Assembly (NCBI GenBank): GCA_051530055.1
Contig: CM121341.1
Location: 18,702,784 to 18,766,783 of the forward strand
Length of the DNA stretch: 64,000 bases
Source of the DNA: Neoechinorhynchus agilis
Lineage: Eukaryota > Animalia > Acanthocephala
Reading direction: 5' to 3'
The notes under the pieces: model-generated
Database searches by the model: none
Told to the model about the DNA's origin: nothing
The model's input: only the letters and a program-made list of their open reading frames with translations
Translations under genes and position numbers: made by a program
Shown: positions 56,230 through 64,000 of the stretch, in pieces
Numbering within the stretch: position 1 is the stretch's first letter
Layout of the letters: each line of letters starts with the position of its first letter

Positions 56230-58150
56230 GTCCAATTCGACATTAGCGAGGAGCCACGATCCCCGTATTTGGTATTTTTGCGATCCTCAGCGGCAGTTAT
56301 TGCCCCGCCGGTTTAATAGCGGCGAATTTTATGCGTGGCGTCCCAGAGCACTGTGACACCGCCCAGACTACGGCCACCGAGCCAGCAAAGATTGCTCAGA
56401 TCTAGCAAGTTGGAAACATTCACAGAATTCAGGGCTCGACTAAGAATTGCGTTCACTTCGACGCGTCGTGAGTACCTTTCGCCTGATTGCCGACAGACGA
56501 AACCACCAAATCCCAGTGGCTCACTCCGCAACGGTAGCGATGAAATGTGCACATTGGTACCCCAAGTCTCAGGGACACTGCGATCCTCACTGCCTCGTCG
56601 GAGAAAAATGTACTCATAGAAGCGATTGGATAAGCGTTGAGCCAAGCACCCGATTCTCTTGTAGAGGCTCTCGCCAATCGAGTTCGGTTCACCATGTCAC
56701 GAGAATCTGAAATTACAGAGTTATGAATTCTCGGTACCTGGGGTGAGTCCCAAAATGATTGTTTCCAACCATTGGCGGTCCACGAAATCTTCATCCAAAG
56801 TTTAATTCTCGCCAAGAAAAGACTGAAATATTTTGCGGCTTGCTTCATACGATCCCAAATAAGCTGGCAGAGAAATATCGGCTGCTTTTCGGATACGCAA
56901 ACCGCCGGACGGGACAGGCAAAGACGCTTGACGCCAAGCCTCGTCCTACAGCTGAGTATTTAAAATTTTCTCGGGAGAGGCTAACACCGTCCCGTTTAAT
57001 TTTGCCATCTTTTCCTTATGTCTAAGAAAGGTGATGTGCGCAGCTTATACTGCAATTTTGAATTGAAAAGGGTGTTCTTGATCAGTAACAGGACCACGTG
57101 TGAAGATAATTCATCAATGCGTTCCCACAACACCGAAAGTTGCGGTTTACGATTGGCAATCTCTGCTTCAACAATAGAACCAAAAATACAGCTTCCTAGA
57201 AGACTTAACCGGCCTAGAGTGATCAATTTTATCCGGGGGACCAGGTTGCCTGTACGCCTCATTTTCCACGTTCATCATTAAAATCTCACATTTCGAAACA
57301 TTTAATTCAATGCCAATTTTAGCCGTCTCCTTCACGAGTGTCTCCAAATCGCACAGTACTACAGAGGGGTTACCTCCGAGCATGGCATCATCCAGTTGAA
57401 GCCCCTTAGGCACTAAAGAAATAACGAAATGCTTCTGGTGCATGATCGCTAACTACTTCGAGCAAATCTGCTCGGTGAACTGTGTTGAATGCATTTTTGA
57501 AATCGCATTTCAAGACCACGCACGGCTTTGAGTTTCCGGTGATGAACGTACGGAGTGAATAAACAATCGCCTCTGCGCCACAGGATATACAGCAGCCTAA
57601 CTGAGTAGGGCGAAGCAGAATCCCTACTTTTCCGCGATCCTTTTATTTAAAATTCTTACTGCAATGAGGCGAATCCCACCTTCCTTTTTCGCGAGTGCGC
57701 CGAAAAATAGCTCAATTGCTTTCGGAATCAACTCTCCCTCCTGCAAATTGGTCGGCTAGGCGTGCAAATGTATCTTCAAGGGACTGAGCAGCGCCACCTA
57801 TTGAAAAGGAATTCATGTCCTATGGGTGTTGGGGCCAGAGTCCGTCAAGCCCGTGAGCTCGTCGGTTAGCAAAAGAGGAGATTGCCATCTTCATTTCCGA
57901 TTTTGATGATAAAACATAAGGGATCGTATCGAAGGAGGAGGATTTCACGAAATACTGCCGACCGCTGTCACTCGGATGTTTGGAATGAAGAGTTCGTAAA
58001 GTTACCTCGCTATCTTTGACGAGACTGTCCATTGATGATAAAAGACGAACTGCTCCTCTGACATCTCCGTCTGCGAACTTCGAAGAAACTCGTCCAACAA
58101 GCCACTTGTTCAGATGTTTATGCGACTTTTTGCTCAGCTTTACTTCCGAC
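56230..58150 (-). mobile_element. Degraded CRE-like LINE (RT and RLE nuclease)
   Basis: GLDGLWPQH, GGIRLIA, NAFNTVHR, LDDAMLGG, GIELNVSKCE, ESGAWLNAYP, EVNAILSRAL. Confidence 0.85.
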
Positions 58151-58195
58151 TGTTCACTTTAAAAGAGCTTCCTTTTCTTACGGAATGCCCATGGT

Positions 58196-58400
58196 TTAAC
58201 CATGATTTTGCGCCCGAATTAAGTGCGTCCCGAAAGTGTTCCGCCAAACGTTGACGCGAACGCCATTCAATTTTCCTATGTAGATATACTCGCGATTGTC
58301 ATCACCAAGACATCGTTTGCAGGTCATCTCAAAGACCATGTTTCTTCGAGTGCAAATCGAATCTTGTTGGTCATTTGTGTCCACGGACTTCCCTGATACG
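58196..58400 (-). mobile_element. PLE GIY-YIG fragment
   Basis: CTRRNMVFEMTCKRC..YIYIG. Confidence 0.55.
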
Positions 58401-58823
58401 TACACATCATGAAAACGCATAACGCATTCACAGTTGAAAATACTTACAGGCAAACTGGTGATGAACCCGACGAAGTTCGAAACATTAAAAAAATCTTTTC
58501 TGCTTCAATGAGAGAATGCAAAATCTTATCATTATTAGATGAGTTTAAAATACTTGTTTTTTTGAGAAGGCTCAAGAAAAATGCTACTAAGAAATTTCGT
58601 TAAATCCAAATGACTCCATATTTACCAACGAACAATAGAATTGTAGTGCTTGAAAACAATTCTCAAAAATAAGAGCCACAATCTATAGTAAAGTTTTGAA
58701 CATATCCATTGCAACAAATCAAATTTTTGTTCACTGCAAACACGGAAGTTCGCACGAATTGTACTCAAAAATGTACAATTTTAAAAAGATGGCAAAAAAT
58801 CGGTGATTGATAGTTTGCTCAAA

Positions 58824-59276
58824 ATGGATCTTGAGGACGAAATGTATGAGTTCATGAGTCCACGAGACAGGCGGCCAGTAATTACCGCAGGTTTGCAAAA
58901 AGCTGACGAAGCTTTGATTGCAATGCGTAGTTGTTCGCATTCTTGGCCATTTAAGAAACCCGTCAAGAGCTTTAGTGGTTATCCACCGGACTACAGCACC
59001 ATCGTCGGTGTTCCAATGGATCTGCGGACCATCCAGACCCGACTAACGAAAGGCGACTACGTACACCAAAATGAATTTATCTCTGACGTAAATTTAATGT
59101 TTTTTAACTGCCGGCTCTATAATAAGCCGAACGCGGATGTTTATATCATGTGCCGTGCAATCGCTAATGTTTTCAGAGGAGAATTAATCAACTCGTTTAC
59201 AATTCCGGATATAACATTAGGCCCTTCCCCGAGGCCAAGAAAAAAACGAGTTTCCAAAAAGAGAATTAGAGAATAG
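58824..59276 (+). CDS. Stand-alone single-bromodomain protein, intronless
   Basis: SWPFKKPV..PDYSTIVGVPMDLRTIQTRL..Y....FISDVNLMFFNCRLYN; basic NLS-like tail PRPRKKRVSKKR. Confidence 0.88.
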   Translation: MDLEDEMYEFMSPRDRRPVITAGLQKADEALIAMRSCSHSWPFKKPVKSFSGYPPDYSTIVGVPMDLRTIQTRLTKGDYVHQNEFISDVNLMFFNCRLYNKPNADVYIMCRAIANVFRGELINSFTIPDITLGPSPRPRKKRVSKKRIRE

Positions 59277-59951
59277 TTATCTTGTTTTCAAAGAAGCTGT
59301 TTTTATTCTGGGAGTTCAATCGTGAGCTTAAAATAAATAACTACCGCCATGTTTTTTAGGGGCAATGATTCCACAACTTTGCAAACTTTCTATTTTGCAC
59401 AGATCATTCATTTTTACATCTTCGAGTAAAGATTTCGAGATTGAGACCTTTTATGAAGTAAATGAGAGCTTCGATCCAAATGCTCGACAAGCCGATGCAG
59501 GGAACAAAATATCAGATTACTCAAGAATATATTTTAATGCATTTCATCAACTTTAGAATTTGTAGATGCGACTCAATACTCTCTCAGCTGTGGAAGCAGT
59601 ATTTGTGCATCCAATGTTCCCTAATTTTCCATTTTTGCCTCAATTCGTTTTTGATCAACGAAGCTTTGAATTTTTATTTATAATCTGTGTTTTTAAGTAT
59701 AAATTTAGGCGCATTCGGTGAAAAAATTGATTGCTGGTCGGAATTTGTTCGATTTTAACTATTTAACTTTTTTATCTGTACCGGTTTACACATCTTCCTT
59801 ATATTATTCAGCTATTTTTTCATCATTTCGCACTCATAGTTATTTTCGCTCGTCAAAAATTTAGCATTATGACTGAAAAAGTATGATTTATTGCATACTG
59901 AACGGAACAATAATAACTTCTGGAACATAAAAACATCATAAAACACTTCTA

Positions 59952-61893
59952 TTAACTTCTCTTTTTTGTAGTGATTTGAACAGTCGATGAAAGTGGACTG
60001 ACTGTTCGTCGGATTTTGTCCAATTCTTTTTCGTCATGCTTTAATCCGTACATTCTGCACAGTTCAGCGAGTTTATCCATTTTTACTTTTTGTTCGCCAC
60101 GAGAATCCCTTTCTTCACCCACAACTCCCAACTCACAAAGAATTTTGATCAACGACGAAGCTCGCTTTCGGGAATCGAGAAACACAGATAAATCTTCAAC
60201 TGATATCGAGAGGTTCATCACGCAATAGAGAAGAAGACGGCGCCAGACACAAATGGACTAAGAGAAAGGTGGACGATGAGCGACTGTCGTTCGATTTTAC
60301 CTGGAGTGATTGATTGTTAATCTCAAGAAGATTGGCGTTAGTGGTTAACGCATAGGCACCTTCTCCCTCGGAACATTCGTGGCATGAACTTGTCTGAACA
60401 TTCGAATCAGTTGTCATGAATGCAAAACAGCAAGAGTGTCGGTAGCACTCGCAACGTTTACAAATCATGAAAGGTCCGTTCTCATCCTTAAAATAAGACT
60501 GCTATTAACCCACGGCAGCACGGTTGCCACTTAGTTACCTTCTTGATTTTACACGGACAATTACATTTCAAAGATTTTAGATCGCTGTAAGAATAATACC
60601 TGTGACCAGGCTGAATAATCGTGACTAATAAAGGAAGGCCAGAATATAATGAGAAAAAGTGTCTTAAGCTCACATTCCATCCCTTCGTTTATAACAGAAG
60701 CGCTCGAATTCGAACTCGTTGAACTGAAAGATTGAGCTTTCGTAGTGGCCATGGATCGGGCTGCAATCATGGCGTCATCGTATTCGATTGATGAAGCGCC
60801 TAATGTATCGCACGATGATACATCTTCGCGATCCGACGGACAATCTTGATCAACTTTTAATTGTTCCTTCGAAGCTGAATCTTCCATCGGTGCCAACTTC
60901 TTTATTCGTGACATGTCAACACGAATGTCCATTTGGCATACGTGAAAAGCAGTTTTTGTTTGATGCTCGATGATCTTTTTGAACTTTCGGTTACCATAGC
61001 ATTTGAATCGTCCATCAAGGGAAGCGTGGTAGCCATCAGGGACGTAATCAGTAGGGGCGTTTTCGGTTAAATTCACTTTAACTCGGATCCCAAGTCCTGA
61101 TTGCAGATCGTTTAGTTTCTGTACTCCTTTTTCGATTGATGCGAATAATCGTTGAAATTCGTTCGTAATGTGATCAGAAGCTGCTGATGAATCGACGGGC
61201 GACGAGAGGAAATCGCCAAAACTTAATTGACTTATAACCTGATGACGATTCCCGTCTATTCGATATCGAAATAAAAATCTATAGACTTCGAGTGCGCGAG
61301 AGGCCTGCGACGTTGAACAGTCGGCAGAGGTTCTACAAAATGTTCAATCACTCGAGAGGATTATGCATTTGTGTGATTGAACATTATATGAACTTCTATG
61401 GATTTCGATGCACTCGAGCTCATACTTACGATTCCAATATCAAAGGAATGCAACTAAAAATGCTAATTGCTCGATTGTTCAATATCGAAGATCACTCACC
61501 CAATTTTGTTTGAGAGCGTCAAAAGCACCAAATAGAATCCTTTTCAATTTATGACCTTTTATTGACTTGTCCGGATTAAATATATTAATAAAAAAATCTA
61601 AATGAACAGAAATCAACAACTTGGATTATAGAAAGAGAAAACGTACCTTTCTTAATTTTGATTGAGTCGGTATCGTCGACTGAGATAATTTTACGTTCCA
61701 TTAGTAATTTCGTAACTCCACCGATGAGCAATTGTTTCATAAACAAAAAACTGCGCGTTTGCGGGTTATAACTCAATTTTTCATCGAAAATGTTCAATGC
61801 TGCATCCTCGTCTTCCTTTAGTTTACCCTTCTTTTTCATCGGTGCAACTTCTCTGTCTAAGTTCTCAATATTTCGAAGAGAACGACGAAGCAT
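59952..61893 (-). CDS. Hop1/HORMAD-family meiotic axis protein (HORMA + PHD + putative winged helix), multi-exon
   Basis: HORMA motifs SFLFMKQLLIGGV, GAFDALKQNW, APTDYVPDGY. Spliced PHD KCNCPC..DENGPFMICKRCECYRHSCC..CHEC. Helical segment VWRRLLLY..ISVEDLSVFL..ASSLIKILCELGVV. C-terminal RRTVSP. Confidence 0.75.
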
Positions 61894-62249
61894 CTCAAAA
61901 AAGAGGAAGCTTCAATGGAGATTGAACGTTGAACGGCGAGAATTCGAAATTCAAACTGGAAACTGCGGCGATCAACGGAAAAAGCGCTTGAAAAAAGAGT
62001 TCGCTTATTTTTGTCCGCCCAAAATACGTTTTACGACTTCGCCGAGGCAATTTTTGCATCTGCGCTTTAATTAGCGCGCTTTAGCGTGAGAATGTCGTCA
62101 TCAACCGAACATTTTACGGTTCGAATTTTAGCACCAAAAAAGATTTTATTTACATGAGTATTCGAAAACTTTGAATTGCTCGAAAAATCATCTGAAAATG
62201 CCTAGAGAATCTTAGATTTATTAAGGTCATCCGTTCAAAAGTTCATGTT

Positions 62250-63060
62250 CCTTCGTTGTCTCGCTCAATTTGGTAATAAATCGCAGATGCAATTTTCAAA
62301 AATAGAAAAGATTTTCATGTTTTCTTGTTTGTCGCTGCTCCACAAAAACAAACAAATTACGCCACTTTTGAATGTGTTTTCAAGCGGTAAATCAGCTATA
62401 AAAAGACTCAAAATCAATAATGCGAACCCGAATTTAAACACTTTAAGAATTGTTTTACTCACCGATGGAAATACGAAGATATTTGCTAAATTGTGAAACC
62501 ATAGTCTGTTCTATAATAAAACCAGCATAAAAGTATCTTTGCAATTTCGAAGGCATTGTTGGTTGTTTTCTGAGGCGAAACTGTCGTCGCAAAAGTTCAG
62601 TTGTTGTAATCAACAGACTGAGCATTACAAAACAAAGAATATTTTTTTCACCAAATTATTCCGATTTTCAGGTCAAAAAACAAATTGAGGATTGCATTCG
62701 GGTGGTTAGTTATATTGTTGTTTAAAAATGGACTTCTTGTACATGTTGAGATTATTTCCTCACTCGTCGGCTTCGATTCCCTAAACCTTGGTTTATATTC
62801 AGCCGTATCTAAATGGATGCCATCAACTGACAAGCACAAGAACTACGAAGCGAACTATTGGACGAAAAGTCGAGAGGAACGTTCGTTTCTTTTAATTGAA
62901 CCGTCATTATGGCACCGTCCTCAATTGCACAAGAAATGACAGATCCTAGGTTCAATTCCAAATAAACTTTGATAAAATTAAGAAAACATTTTTTATCTCG
63001 GTGGAATAAAGAGAAGACTGAAACATGGAACTTATATTTCGAGCACAATTCGGTCACAAA
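62250..63060 (-). CDS. Probable unidentified multi-exon gene
   Basis: Consecutive protein-like minus-strand ORFs (62809-63057, 62648-62839, 62265-62462); family not recognised. Confidence 0.3.
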
Positions 63061-64000
63061 ATTAGACGACTTTGATATTTCGAATTAGTCAACCAAAAAC
63101 CTTTTTTATAAAGCTCGCTGCAATCTACAATTGCAATATCGTCTCCGTCGTGCGAACGAATCGTCGTGCCAAAAGAGGTTTCAACTAGCAAAGGAAGAGA
63201 AGAATAAAAAGAACGGTCTTCAGTAGCGTAAACAGAGTTTCTTTTCGTTACAAACTCAGTCTGCGAGTCCCACCGGATAAACTATTTGACCATGCTTCTT
63301 TTAAATTGTAGATTTTTTTAGGCAGTATTGTTTTCTATTTGGTTACTTTTCTTTACATTCACCACCTCCCACCAAATTCCAGCTTTTGTCCTTCCTCGAC
63401 CGTCGCCATCACGCTGGCAGCATTGCCCCGTTACTGAAGAAGGTCAACGAAAAAGCAGAAAATTTTCAGGATAAATCTATTTTTTCTGAATCAAACATCG
63501 CTAATTAAAACTGAAATTACAATTTTTTATTGCGATGAAATAATTTTTATCAAGCAGAAAAAGGCACTATTTTAAAAATTACTCAGCTTAATTTTTTATT
63601 AACAATCGATAAATATTATATAATCAACACTGAGATATACCGCCTTGAGAAGAGTCTTATAAGTGGACTTAAAAATATAGACCAAACCAAACCGATCATG
63701 GTAAAAATTTAACCTAAATTGCATTAGGACGGTAAAATTTGAAATAAATGCCCAAATAACCGTTAGCAAAGCTTCCCAATCGATCTTCAGTGATCGAGAT
63801 AATAATGAAGGGAGCAATATAGGAAATTATTGTAAATGAAATTTAATCCCCACAAAAGCAAAATACACCGCGTTTATTTGGAAAATTTTATTTAGTGTTC
63901 CCTGATATCATTTAGTCAGAGCTTTACCGAGTATAAAAAATTTAAGTACTAAACGATATTGCGTTTACAGAAGTAAACAACATAAAACAAAAGACAAACG

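Noticed and set aside
61184-61212. CTGATGA..GAAA antisense to the HORMAD exon
   Set aside because: No supporting helices; a chance match in coding sequence.

Overview
AT-rich eukaryotic DNA, probably from an invertebrate with a compact genome (many introns are 35-50 nt), and dense in retroelements. Host genes: CWF19L1-like, TRMT12/TYW2, CDC37, a Hop1/HORMAD-type meiotic axis gene (HORMA + PHD + putative winged helix), a stand-alone bromodomain ORF, an intronless Elongin-A-like ORF in two near-identical copies, LRR-gene remnants with a partial duplicate, a cytochrome c pseudogene and a decayed secreted Thr/Glu-rich gene. Mobile elements: Ty3/gypsy (one complete with LTRs and TSD), CR1-type, I-like and CRE-like LINEs, and Penelope-like elements (PLEs) carrying minimal hammerhead ribozymes (HHRs), several of them as short fold-backs. 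The main finding is a ~383-nt repeat family (a complete monomer, a 1.5-mer tandem array and several fragments). It joins a tRNA-like Pol III A/B-box head to a complete hammerhead core whose three strands lie in a non-circularly permuted, pseudoknotted order. It looks like a retrozyme-type self-cleaving RNA element. All calls come from manual reading and pairing. No database search or folding program was run, and many element boundaries are approximate.
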